A program made the translations under genes and the position numbers. DNA of 64,000 bases from Dermatophilaceae bacterium (lineage in GTDB: Bacteria; Actinomycetota; Actinomycetes; Actinomycetales; Dermatophilaceae), in contig JAICIN010000001.1 in NCBI GenBank assembly GCA_025924375.1, forward strand, positions 5,895-69,894, in the 5' to 3' direction. A model generated the notes under the pieces. That model had not been told where the DNA came from. It saw only the letters and a program-made list of their open reading frames with translations, and did not search any database. Positions 55,092 to 64,000 of this stretch are shown here, piece by piece. How positions within the stretch are numbered: the stretch's first letter is position 1; each line of letters begins with the position of its first letter.

Positions 55092-56338
55092 GCAACGTGC
55101 CCGCCACCAAGCCGCTCACGCCCGGGTCGCCGGATGAGGAGCTGGCTCGAGGGCTGAGCCTGCGCGGGGCCGCAGCGACGATGGTCGCGCGCGTGCGTGC
55201 CGGGCAGCTCGGTTCTCTGCCCATCGTCGTCGGCCTCGTCCTGATCTGGGGAATCCTGCAGAGCCTCAACTCGGCCTTCCTCTCGAGCCGGGACCTCGTC
55301 AACCTGGCCACCGAGATGGTGCCCGTCGGCGTCATCGCGATCGGCATCGTGCTCGTCCTGCTCGTCGCCGAGATCGACCTGTCGGTCGGGTCGATGAGCG
55401 GGGTGGCTTCGTCGATCCTCGGCGTGGGCCTGACGAGCCGCGGCTGGTCCCTCCCGGTATCCATCGTCGTGGCGCTCGCCGTCGGCGTCGTGGTCGGCCT
55501 CGTCTACGGGTTCGCCTATGTACGGTTCCGCGTCCCGAGCTTCGTCATCACGCTGGCGGGCCTGCTGGCGCTGCTCGGCCTGCAGCTGCACATCCTCGGG
55601 ACCGGCGGCTCGATCAACCTGCCGTTCCAGTCGGGCATCGTCCAGTTCATGCAGAACGACTTCCTGCCGCCGCTGGCCGCGTATGCGCTCGCGGCGGCGT
55701 GCTCGGTCGCCTTCTTCGGCTCGCGGCTGGGGCTCGCCCGTCGTCGGAGGCGCCACGGGCTCCCGGCCCGGGGGGTGCTCGCGATCGCGGTGAGCGCCCT
55801 GGTTCTGCTCGTCGCACTCGAGGCGGTCGCCTGGTACCTGAACCGCGCACGGGGTGTCAGCATGCCGTTCGTTCTCTTCGTGGCGCTGGTGATCGTCGTC
55901 GACTGGGCACTGAAGCGCACGAAGTGGGGCAGGGGCGTGTACGCCGTCGGTGGGTCCGTGGAGGCTGCGCGCCGTGCCGGCATCCGCGTCTCCCTCACCT
56001 ATCTGTCGGTGTTCGTGGGGTGCTCGTTCCTCGCCGCGCTCGGCGGGCTGCTCGCCGCGGGCAGGCTGTCAGCGGCGAGCATCAGCAGTGGCACCGGCGA
56101 CGTGAACCTCAACGCGATCGCGGCAGCTGTCATCGGCGGCACCAGCCTGTTCGGCGGCAGGGGAAGCGCGTACTCGGCACTACTGGGCATCCTGGTCATC
56201 GAATCGATCTCCAACGGCCTGACGTTGCTCAACCTCACGTCGGCTGCCCGCTTCATGATCACCGGTCTGGTGCTGTTCATCGCGGTCGTCGTCGACTCAC
56301 TGGCCAAGCGGAGCCGGGCCCTGCACGGGGCCGCCTAG
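55088..56338 (+). CDS. Sugar ABC transporter permease (XylH/RbsC-like)
   Basis: 416-aa polytopic protein. The ATG overlaps the upstream stop. The sequence has GGTSLFGGRGS. Confidence 0.85.
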
Positions 56339-56417
56339 TCGACATCCGGTCGTCCCGTGCGGGACGAACGCTCGCCCCGCAGTCACCGCCCAAACCGAAA
56401 CCCAGGGGGTCTCCATC

Positions 56418-57953
56418 ATGACGTCAACCCCGCGCTCGACCGCGCCACCGGACGCCGCCACGCCGCGGTCCTACCACCACCTCATCGCAGGACGGGCGCG
56501 TCCCGGTGAGGACCAGGTGATAGCGCGACGTGCCCCCGGGACGGGTGCGGTGGTCGCGAACGTCCCTGTGGGCACAGCGCGTGACGTGGCCGAGGCGGTC
56601 GCGGCGGCACGCCGCGCCTTGGAGGCGGGGACGTGGTCCAAGGCGCCCGGCCTGGATCGGTCCCGGCTGCTGAACCGGCTCGCAGACCTCATCGACGACC
56701 ACGCTGCCGCGCTGGCGGTCCTCGACTCGGAGGAGGCCGGCAAGCCGCTGCGTCTGGCTGAAGGGGACATCGCCGGTGCGGCGATGCTGACTCGTTACGC
56801 CGCGTCACTGGCCGCGGACATGCACGGCACTGCCTACAGCGACCACGGTGCCGACTTCACCGGCCTGGTCCTCCGGGAGCCGGTCGGTGTGGTGGGCCTC
56901 GTCACGCCCTGGAACTTCCCGGCGCTCATCCTCTCGCAGAAGCTGCCGTTCGCCCTGGCTGCCGGTTGTTGTGCGGTGGTGAAGCCATCCGAGCTGACGA
57001 CGGGGACGGCGGTCAGGATCGCCGAGCTCACCCGGGACGCCGGCATCCCGGCGGGGGTCGTCAACGTCGTGACCGGTGACGGCCGTACGGGTCAGGCCCT
57101 CTGCGAGCATCCGGGTGTCGACATGGTCTCGTTCACGGGCTCGACCGCTACCGGGCGCAAGGTTCTCGAGGCGGCCAAGGGGAACCTGAAGAAGGTCTCG
57201 CTGGAGCTGGGCGGCAAGGCGGCCAACATCGTCTTCGCCGACGCCGACCTCGAGGATGCGGTCGAGGGGGTGGTCTTCGGGTCCTTCTTCAACAACGGCG
57301 AGTGCTGCGTCTCCCAGGCGCGGCTCCTCATCGAGGACGCCGTGGCCGAGGAGTTCCTCAGCGAGCTCACCGCCCGCACCCGTGCGCTGAGGGTCGGGCA
57401 GCCACTCGAGCGCGGGACCGATGTGGGCGCCATGATCCACGGCCGCCACCTCGAGAACGTCCTGAGCCACATCGTGTCCAACCACGACCTGGGTGCGACA
57501 CCCATCGTGGGTGGCAGCCGCCTCGTCCGAGCGGACCTGGCCGACGGCTACTACGTCGAGCCGACGATCCTCGACGGGGTGACGCCGCAGATGCCCGCGT
57601 TCCGCGACGAGATCTTCGGGCCCGTCCTCACCGTGACCCGGTTCCGGACCGTGGATGAGGCGGTATCGCTCGCAAACGACGTGGAGTACGGCCTGGCCAA
57701 CAGTGTGTGGTCGAAGAACGTCGACAAGGTCCTCACCGTCGCGAGGGCGCTGCAGAGCGGCACGGTGTACGTGAACACCACGATCGACGGGCCGCCCACG
57801 ATGCCGTTCGGGGGCTACAAGGGCAGCGGTGTGGGCCGTGAGATGGGCAGGGCGGGCTTCGAGGAGTTCACCGAGCTGAAGTCCGTCAACATCCGGACGG
57901 GCCGGCGAGCCGGGACGTTCGCCTTCGGTGGAGCACATGTCGCGGTCGGGTGA
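56418..57953 (+). CDS. NAD(P)-dependent aldehyde dehydrogenase
   Basis: VTPWNFP, ELGGKA, FFNNGECC (catalytic Cys), EEFTELKS. Confidence 0.9.
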   Translation: MTSTPRSTAPPDAATPRSYHHLIAGRARPGEDQVIARRAPGTGAVVANVPVGTARDVAEAVAAARRALEAGTWSKAPGLDRSRLLNRLADLIDDHAAALAVLDSEEAGKPLRLAEGDIAGAAMLTRYAASLAADMHGTAYSDHGADFTGLVLREPVGVVGLVTPWNFPALILSQKLPFALAAGCCAVVKPSELTTGTAVRIAELTRDAGIPAGVVNVVTGDGRTGQALCEHPGVDMVSFTGSTATGRKVLEAAKGNLKKVSLELGGKAANIVFADADLEDAVEGVVFGSFFNNGECCVSQARLLIEDAVAEEFLSELTARTRALRVGQPLERGTDVGAMIHGRHLENVLSHIVSNHDLGATPIVGGSRLVRADLADGYYVEPTILDGVTPQMPAFRDEIFGPVLTVTRFRTVDEAVSLANDVEYGLANSVWSKNVDKVLTVARALQSGTVYVNTTIDGPPTMPFGGYKGSGVGREMGRAGFEEFTELKSVNIRTGRRAGTFAFGGAHVAVG

Positions 57954-58003
57954 CGGCTGCCGGAGGCCTGTCCCGCGGGGACGGCCCCGGTCGGAAGGAG
58001 ATC

Positions 58004-59569
58004 ATGAGAATCTGTAGTCCGCAGGAAGCCGCGGCCCTCGTGCCGGACGGGGCCACCGTGCTCGTGGATGGATCCGGTGGCGGCGTCAACGAACCGGTCG
58101 CCGTGCTCGCCGCGCTCGAGGCGCGGTTCCTGGAGGACCAGCACCCACGTCACCTGACGGTCGTCCATGTCTCGGGAATGGGCGACGGCCAGGGAGGCGG
58201 TACGGACCGCTTCGCTCACCGGGGCATGGTGCGCCGCGTCATCGGCGGTCACTGGGCGTGGGCTGCGCGCATGCAGCAGCTCGCCGTGGACAACGAGATC
58301 GAGGCGTACTGCCTCCCCCAGGGCACCTTGTCGCACCTGCTGCGTGACATCGCCGCCGGCAGGCCGGGCGTCGTCTCCGCGGTGGGTCTCGGAACGTTCG
58401 TCGACCCCCGTCACGGAGGTGGGCGGCTCAACGAGGCCGCCACCGAGCCGGTCGTCGAGCTGATCGAGCTCGGCGGCCGGGAGTGGTTGTTCACGCCGGC
58501 GTTCCCGATAGATGTCGCCATCGTGCGCGGCACCCGAGCGGACACGAGGGGAAACGTCACCATGGACGGTGAAGGGCTGTTCGCCGAGACGCTTTCGGCG
58601 GCGCAAGCGGCACGCAACAGTGGCGGCATCGTGATCGCCCAGGTCCGGGAGCTCGCGCAGGCCGGCACGCTCGACGCACGACGGGTCCGGGTCCCCGGAG
58701 CCCTCGTGGACGCCCTCGTCGTCGACCCGTGCCAGCGCCTGTCGCGCGCCACCGCTGCCAACCCCTACCTCAGCGGTGAGCTCCGGGCGCCGGGGGCCAC
58801 CCACGAGCCGATGCCGCTGTCCGTGCGCAAGGTCATCGCTCGGCGCGCCGCGATGGAGCTCCACGACGGTGACGTCATCAACCTAGGGTTCGGAATGCCG
58901 GACGGGGTGGCCTCGGTGCTCGCCGAAGAGGGCCGGGAGCAAGAGGTGGTCTTCACTGTCGAGCAGGGCCACATCGGCGGCGTACCCGTCGGGGGAAGCG
59001 ACTTCGGCATGTGCGTCAACCCCGACGCCACCGTGGACGCCGGCTACCAGTTCGACTGGTACGACGGCGGGGGGCTCGACGTCGCCGTCCTCAGCTTCGC
59101 CGAGCTCGACGCCCGCGGGAGCGTCAACGTCGGTCGGTTCGCCGGCCGTATCGCCGGCGTCGGCGGCTTCGTCAACATCAGCCAGGGCGCCCGGCGGCTG
59201 GTGTTCGTGGGGACGTTCGTCGCCGGCGGGTCCTACGAGGTCGGCGGTGACCGCCCTCTCACGCTCCGGGGTGGTGGACAGCCGAAAGTCGTCGAGTCGG
59301 TGGGGCAGGTGAGCTTCTCCGGACCGCTGGCAGTGGCCCAGGGAAAGCCCGTCCTGTACGTGACGGAGCGTGCGGTGTTCCGTCTCACGTCGGAGGGGCT
59401 GGAGCTGACCGAGATCGCTCCGGGGCTCGACCTGGACGCCGACGTGCTCGCCCACATGTCGTTCACACCGAGGATCGGGGAGGACCTGCGCGAGATGGAT
59501 CCGCGGCTCTTCCTGACCGAGCCCATGGGGCTGACGCTGCAACGGTCGCACGGCGAGGCGCCGGCGTGA
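58004..59569 (+). CDS. Acyl-CoA:acetate/3-ketoacid CoA-transferase family protein (fused alpha/beta, YdiF-like)
   Basis: GGAAGGAG RBS followed by ATG (MRICSPQEAAAL...). The sequence has EAYCLPQGTLSHLLRDIAAGRPG and a C-terminal beta-subunit-like half. Confidence 0.8.
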   Translation: MRICSPQEAAALVPDGATVLVDGSGGGVNEPVAVLAALEARFLEDQHPRHLTVVHVSGMGDGQGGGTDRFAHRGMVRRVIGGHWAWAARMQQLAVDNEIEAYCLPQGTLSHLLRDIAAGRPGVVSAVGLGTFVDPRHGGGRLNEAATEPVVELIELGGREWLFTPAFPIDVAIVRGTRADTRGNVTMDGEGLFAETLSAAQAARNSGGIVIAQVRELAQAGTLDARRVRVPGALVDALVVDPCQRLSRATAANPYLSGELRAPGATHEPMPLSVRKVIARRAAMELHDGDVINLGFGMPDGVASVLAEEGREQEVVFTVEQGHIGGVPVGGSDFGMCVNPDATVDAGYQFDWYDGGGLDVAVLSFAELDARGSVNVGRFAGRIAGVGGFVNISQGARRLVFVGTFVAGGSYEVGGDRPLTLRGGGQPKVVESVGQVSFSGPLAVAQGKPVLYVTERAVFRLTSEGLELTEIAPGLDLDADVLAHMSFTPRIGEDLREMDPRLFLTEPMGLTLQRSHGEAPA

Positions 59570-60354
59570 GTGCGTCGAACGTCCTCCTCCTCGAGCAGCG
59601 CGACCGCATCTGGGTCGCCACGCTCAACCGACCCGAGAAGGGCAACGCCCTCAACCGTGAGCTCCTCGATGCGCTCGACCGGCTCGCCGACGTGGTGGAC
59701 GCGGCAGCCGATGACTCCCGCCCGCGGGTGCTGGTCATCACCGGAGCGGGGACCAAGGCGTTCAGCGCCGGCGCGGACATCAACGAGCTCGACGGGATCG
59801 ACGGTTCGACCGCCCGCACACAGATGGAGCGCGGGCAACGGGTCTTCGACCGGCTGGAGCGCCTGCCGGCCATCGTGATCGCCGCAGTGAACGGGTTCGC
59901 GCTCGGCGGCGGCTGTGAGCTGGCCATGGCTGCCGACATCCGGGTCGCGGCGTCGACCGCACGGCTCGGTCAGCCGGAGATCACCCTCGAGAACCTGCCA
60001 GGGTGGGGCGGAACCCAACGGCTGCCACGACTGGTGGGGCCGGCCAGGGCGATTGAGCTGATCGTCACGGGTCAGCAGGTCACGGCGGAGCGCGCCGAGC
60101 AGATCGGGCTCGTGAACCACGTCGTGGACGACTGCGTCGCTGCGTCGCTCGCACTCGGTGAGAGCATCGCCGGGCGCAGCGGGACGGCACTCGCCGGTGC
60201 GAAGCGGGCGATCCGCGTGGGTCGCGAGGAGGGTGTCGCCCGCGGTCTGGCGGTCGAGGCGCAGGCGGTCGCGGAGTGCTGCGAGACCGCAGAGCAGCGA
60301 CGGGCTGTCGGGATGTTCCTCCACCGGCGCGCCGCTCGTCCTCGCGATCCGTGA
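59566..60354 (+). CDS. Enoyl-CoA hydratase/isomerase (crotonase) family protein
   Basis: VLVITGAGTKAFSAGADINE...AAVNGFALGGGCELAMAADIRVA. Confidence 0.9.
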   Translation: MSASNVLLLEQRDRIWVATLNRPEKGNALNRELLDALDRLADVVDAAADDSRPRVLVITGAGTKAFSAGADINELDGIDGSTARTQMERGQRVFDRLERLPAIVIAAVNGFALGGGCELAMAADIRVAASTARLGQPEITLENLPGWGGTQRLPRLVGPARAIELIVTGQQVTAERAEQIGLVNHVVDDCVAASLALGESIAGRSGTALAGAKRAIRVGREEGVARGLAVEAQAVAECCETAEQRRAVGMFLHRRAARPRDP

Positions 60355-60398
60355 CGGCGCCCGCCGGTCCCCCGATCCCTTCCAACCGAGAGGCATCC

Positions 60399-61553
60399 AT
60401 GACGAGCTCGGGCGACGCGACCGCCACCGACGCGCAGACCGCCGGCGTCGTGGCCGTCGCCGACTGCTGGGCTTTCGCCGAGAGGCAGCTGCGCCGGTTG
60501 CTGCGGCGTGCTCCGGGCCAGACCCCGACCTACACCGAGAACGGGCGCTGGGTCTTGAACGAGGATCCGTGGGCGCCGACGTGGAGCGGCGGCTTCCTCG
60601 CCGGCATGCTGTGGATCCTGGCGGCTCGCACGGGCGACGCCTGGTGGCGTGAGCAGGCGGAGTGGTACTCCCGTCTCCTGGAACCGCGAAAGGACGACAC
60701 CGGGACCCACGACATCGGGTTCGTGCTCGAGCCGAGCTGGGGGCGCTGGTACGACCTCGAACCGCACGGCCACGCCCGCGAGGTCCTGATCGACGGCGGC
60801 AGGACGATGGCAGGGCGGCTGCAGCTGCCCGGTGGGTACCTCCGGACGTGGGTCGACCCGGGCAGCACGTTCATCGACGTGATGATGAACGTGGGCATCA
60901 TCTTCCGGGCGGCCCGGTACAGCGACGATCCGGCCCTGTGGGATGCGGCGCTGCGGCACTCCCACACCAGCCGCCGGTTCCTGATGCGCGGTGACGGGAG
61001 CACAGCCCACGAGGCGTGGTTCGACCCGCAGACGGGGGAGTTCCTGCGGACGGCCACGCACCAGGGCTGGCGGTCCGACTCCACCTGGGCGCGCGGCCAG
61101 GCATGGGCCATCTACGGGTTCACGGTCGCTCACCTCCACACCGGCGACGAGGCGCTGCTCGACGCCGCCTGTCGCGCCGCCGACTTCTACATCGCCGCCA
61201 CTCCCGTGGGTCAGGTCCCTCCCAACGACTGGTCCGACCCGGCGCCCCCCGAGCCGTGGGAGTCCTCGGCGGCCGCAATCGCCACGGCGGGGATGTTCCG
61301 CCTCGCCGCCGTGCGCGGCGCGGGTGAGCGCAGGGACCGCTACCGCGACTACGCGAAGAGGTCGCTGCGGGCGCTGCGGACTCCCGAGTTCCTCGCCGTC
61401 GGCACCAGCGGCTGGGAGGGCATCGTGAAGCACGCGATCTACCACCGGCGCAATGGGCTGGGCATCGATGAGAGCGTGATGTTCGGCGACTACTACTTCC
61501 TCGAAGCACTCGACCTCGCGGAGCACGTCGATGAGGGTGAGGAGGAGCCGTGA
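60399..61553 (+). CDS. Glycoside hydrolase family 88-like (unsaturated glucuronyl hydrolase type)
   Basis: Internal ATG (MTSSGDAT...). The sequence has THDIGF, STWARGQAWAIYGF, ESSAAAIATAG, and DYYFLEAL at the C-terminus. Confidence 0.75.
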   Translation: MTSSGDATATDAQTAGVVAVADCWAFAERQLRRLLRRAPGQTPTYTENGRWVLNEDPWAPTWSGGFLAGMLWILAARTGDAWWREQAEWYSRLLEPRKDDTGTHDIGFVLEPSWGRWYDLEPHGHAREVLIDGGRTMAGRLQLPGGYLRTWVDPGSTFIDVMMNVGIIFRAARYSDDPALWDAALRHSHTSRRFLMRGDGSTAHEAWFDPQTGEFLRTATHQGWRSDSTWARGQAWAIYGFTVAHLHTGDEALLDAACRAADFYIAATPVGQVPPNDWSDPAPPEPWESSAAAIATAGMFRLAAVRGAGERRDRYRDYAKRSLRALRTPEFLAVGTSGWEGIVKHAIYHRRNGLGIDESVMFGDYYFLEALDLAEHVDEGEEEP

Positions 61554-62245
61554 CGGCACGCAGGCCGGTCCCGGCGCCCGACGACGCGGCCCCGAGGTGG
61601 CGGGCGGTGCGTCTGGTCGAGGCCGGAGGGCTCGTGCCGGTCCTCCGTGCGCCGACCGCGAAGCACTTCCGTGCCGTGGCGGAGGTCCTTGTGGCCGCGG
61701 GTGTTCGCGCCCTCGAGGTCACGCTCACCGCCCAGGGCGCCCCCGACGTGCTGGCCGCGCTCGACCGCGAGTACGGCAAAGACGTCGCCGTGGGTGCCGG
61801 CACGGTGCTCAGCGCCGATGCCGCGGAGCTGTGCGTCGCCCGCGGCGCGTCGTTCCTGGTGGCGCCCACGGGCGCTCCGGACGTCGTTGCCACAGCGCAG
61901 GTGCTCGGTGTCGCGGTGTTTCCCGGCGCGCTGACCCCGACCGAGGTGCTCGCCGCGCACCGGGCAGGTGCCGACGGCGTCAAGCTGTTCCCCGCCTCCG
62001 GGCTGCGGCCCGACTACGTGAGGGACCTGCACGGACCCATGCCGGGTGTGCGGCTCATGCCGGCGGGCGGCATTGCGCTGGCCGACGTCGGCGCCTGGCT
62101 TGGCGCCGGGGCCTTCGCCGTCGGCGTCGGCAGTGCCCTGCTCGGCAGCGCTGTCAGCGAGGGTCCGGACCGCGCGCTGCATGATCGCGTGGTCACCGCA
62201 CTCGAGCTGGTCGCCCGGGAGAGGAGCGAGGCCGGTGGGGGGTGA
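61550..62245 (+). CDS. eda: KDPG / 4-hydroxy-2-oxoglutarate aldolase
   Basis: VPVLRAP...LEVTL...GAGTVL...FLVAPT...VKLFPA. The start overlaps the upstream stop. Confidence 0.85.
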   Translation: MTARRPVPAPDDAAPRWRAVRLVEAGGLVPVLRAPTAKHFRAVAEVLVAAGVRALEVTLTAQGAPDVLAALDREYGKDVAVGAGTVLSADAAELCVARGASFLVAPTGAPDVVATAQVLGVAVFPGALTPTEVLAAHRAGADGVKLFPASGLRPDYVRDLHGPMPGVRLMPAGGIALADVGAWLGAGAFAVGVGSALLGSAVSEGPDRALHDRVVTALELVARERSEAGGG

Positions 62246-63185
62246 CCGCCTGCTCACCTTCGGCGAGACCATGGGCCTGTTCACCGCGGCAGGCATCGGG
62301 ACGCTCGACCTCGTGGGCCACTTCACGCTCGGTATCGGCGGGGCGGAGAGCAACATGGCGGTCGGCGCCGCCCGGCTCGGCGCACCGGTGACCTGGATCG
62401 GTCGCGTCGGACGCGACGCCGTCGGCGAGCTCGTCGCACGCCGGCTCGGCGCGGAGAGCGTCGACGTCGTCGCCATACCTGACCCTGCGTTCACGGGGCT
62501 GATGGTGCGCCACGCGCGAACCGGACAGACAGTGCACGTGGACTATCACCGCGCCGGTTCCGCGGGGTCGCGGTTGTGCAGCGCCGACATCCCCCTGCAG
62601 CGCATCGAGGACGCCGCGATCCTCCATGTCACGGGGATCACCCCGGCGCTCAGCGACTCGGCGCGCCGAGCGGTCTTCGAGGCCGTGGACACCGCCCGGT
62701 CGCTCGGCCGCGTCGTCAGCGTGGACGTCAACTACCGCAGCAAGCTGTGGAGGGCGGAGCAGGCGCTGCCCGTGCTGCGCGACCTCGTCGGCCGCTGTGA
62801 CCTGGTGTTCGCCGGCGTGGCAGAAGCCCAGCTCGTGACCGCCAGCACGACCGCAGACCGCGTGGCCCTGGCGAGGGCGCTGGCGGCCCTCGGACCCGCT
62901 GAGTCGGTCATCAAGGACGGAGCCGACGGCTGCACGGCCGTGGTGGACGGTGAGCCCCTGGCCGAGCCTGCCAGGCCAACGGCCGTCATCGACCCCGTGG
63001 GGGCCGGTGACGCGTTCGTCGCCGGCTACCTGGCGGAGCGGCTTGCCGGGGCCGCACCCCGACAGCGGCTTGCCACCGCGGCAGCCGTGGGATCCTACGC
63101 CGTCAGCGTCCCGGGCGACTGCGAGCTGCTGCCGAGCCGCGAGGAGCTGGCCGCGTTCCTCGCCGCCCAGGACGTGCTGCGGTGA
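62235..63185 (+). CDS. kdgK: 2-dehydro-3-deoxygluconokinase (PfkB sugar kinase)
   Basis: LLTFGETMGLF...GGAESNMAVGAARLG...DPVGAGDAFVAGYL. The start is GTG 62235 or ATG 62271. Confidence 0.8.
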   Translation: MGGDRLLTFGETMGLFTAAGIGTLDLVGHFTLGIGGAESNMAVGAARLGAPVTWIGRVGRDAVGELVARRLGAESVDVVAIPDPAFTGLMVRHARTGQTVHVDYHRAGSAGSRLCSADIPLQRIEDAAILHVTGITPALSDSARRAVFEAVDTARSLGRVVSVDVNYRSKLWRAEQALPVLRDLVGRCDLVFAGVAEAQLVTASTTADRVALARALAALGPAESVIKDGADGCTAVVDGEPLAEPARPTAVIDPVGAGDAFVAGYLAERLAGAAPRQRLATAAAVGSYAVSVPGDCELLPSREELAAFLAAQDVLR

Positions 63186-64000
63186 GCAGTGCGGGGCTCG
63201 GGGGAGCGATCTGCGCGGGAGCCGTCGTGGCGGTCGCGCTCGACGTCGACGGCACGCTGTTGACGCCTCGGCACGTCGTCGCTCCCGCGACCCTTCAGGC
63301 CGTCCGGAGCCTGCAGGCGCGCGGCATCCTCGTCGTCCTCGCGACGTCGCGGAGCCCCAGCGGTCTGCTGCCCGTCCAGGAGCACCTCGGGCTGGCCCAC
63401 GAGTGGTTCGTCTGCTACCAGGGGGCGCTCGTGGGCCGGCGAAGGGGGTCCCGGATCGAGGTGCTCGCCGAGCACGTGATCGACCCCGCAGCCGTGAAGG
63501 CCGTCGAGGCGGCCGCGCTGGCCTCCGGGCTGTCCGTGGGCCGCTACAGCGGCCTCGACTGGTTCGTCCACCGCTTCGACGCGGAAGTTGCGAGCCAGGC
63601 GGCCATCACGAGGGAGACCCCGCAACCGGTTCCGGCCGGCGCCGACCTGCTGCCACCGACCCACAAGGTGCTCGTCACCACCGACGACACCGCGCTGCTG
63701 CCCGACCTCGACGCCATGGCGGCGGCGCTGCCTGCCGGCGTCACGGGCAGCTACTCGCACAGGAACTTCCTGGAGATCACCGCTGCCGGCGTGGACAAGG
63801 GGGCGGCGCTTCGCACGCTGGCCGCGCACCTGCGGCTGCCGCTCGAGCGGTTCGCGGCCATCGGCGACGGTGCCAACGACCTCGAGCTGCTCCGCAGCGT
63901 GGGCCTTCCCATCGCCATGGGGCATGCCCCGGACCAGGTGCGCGAGGCCGCGGTCCTCGTCACCGCGACCAACGCAGACGACGGCGTGGCGCGAGCCTTG
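63182..64000 (+). CDS. Cof-type HAD-IIB phosphatase; C-terminus runs off the window
   Basis: My own translation: the GTG overlaps the kdgK stop. The sequence has VALDVDGTLL (motif I), VVLATSRSP, and AIGDGANDLELL (motif IV). Confidence 0.75.
   Translation, partial: MSSAGLGGAICAGAVVAVALDVDGTLLTPRHVVAPATLQAVRSLQARGILVVLATSRSPSGLLPVQEHLGLAHEWFVCYQGALVGRRRGSRIEVLAEHVIDPAAVKAVEAAALASGLSVGRYSGLDWFVHRFDAEVASQAAITRETPQPVPAGADLLPPTHKVLVTTDDTALLPDLDAMAAALPAGVTGSYSHRNFLEITAAGVDKGAALRTLAAHLRLPLERFAAIGDGANDLELLRSVGLPIAMGHAPDQVREAAVLVTATNADDGVARAL

Overview
This is a 64-kb, very high-GC chromosomal segment of Actinomycetota type. Evidence for the taxon: a mycothiol-dependent DinB-like enzyme, a DesA3/Rv3230c-like desaturase pair, frequent GTG starts, and strong GC3 bias. 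In DNA this GC-rich, every real gene is shadowed by long spurious ORFs in other frames. I therefore called genes only where the translation shows recognisable family motifs or clean GC3 codon usage, and I trimmed several track ORFs to internal starts that have an RBS or a start/stop overlap.

Layout:
(1) 1-29.5 kb is core metabolism:
- a CopD/CtaG fusion, a nitrilase-family hydrolase and a thioredoxin-NHL protein;
- an acyl-CoA dehydrogenase, then a desaturase with its ferredoxin reductase and a PucR regulator;
- tRNA-Gly(CCC), dcd, cutA and a HAL/PAL-family lyase;
- an OpuC-like osmoprotectant ABC transporter, a LAL/LuxR regulator, a membrane Fe-S reductase, and cysK-cysE.

(2) About 29.5-49.3 kb is an accessory cell-surface glycan region:
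- a lipoprotein and a large secreted beta-helix/PKD/CBM protein;
- after a roughly 350-bp leader, a tightly coupled 14-gene co-directional operon (33975-49123);
- the operon encodes a Wzz-like protein with a degenerate kinase domain, a DegT aminotransferase, two SDR epimerase/dehydratases, a GT4, Wzy-like and Wzx-like proteins, a PIG-L deacetylase, a PglC-type sugar transferase, a FemAB-related protein and an APH-fold kinase;
- its most unusual members are an HPr-kinase-like P-loop protein translationally coupled to a diverged RtcB-family ligase;
- the region ends at tRNA-Ser(TGA) and is bracketed by an intact YtxH-like gene on the right and an internally deleted copy of the same gene on the left.

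(3) 49.4-51.9 kb holds small stress/regulatory genes (YtxH-like, a DUF6328-like membrane protein, ArsR, two SRPBCC proteins), followed by a decayed second copy of tRNA-Ser.

(4) 52-64 kb is an IclR-controlled sugar-acid catabolic locus: a sugar ABC transporter, an aldehyde dehydrogenase, a CoA-transferase, an enoyl-CoA hydratase, a GH88-like hydrolase, eda, kdgK and a Cof-type HAD.

I recognised no CRISPR array, rRNA, transposase, integrase or prophage gene set.
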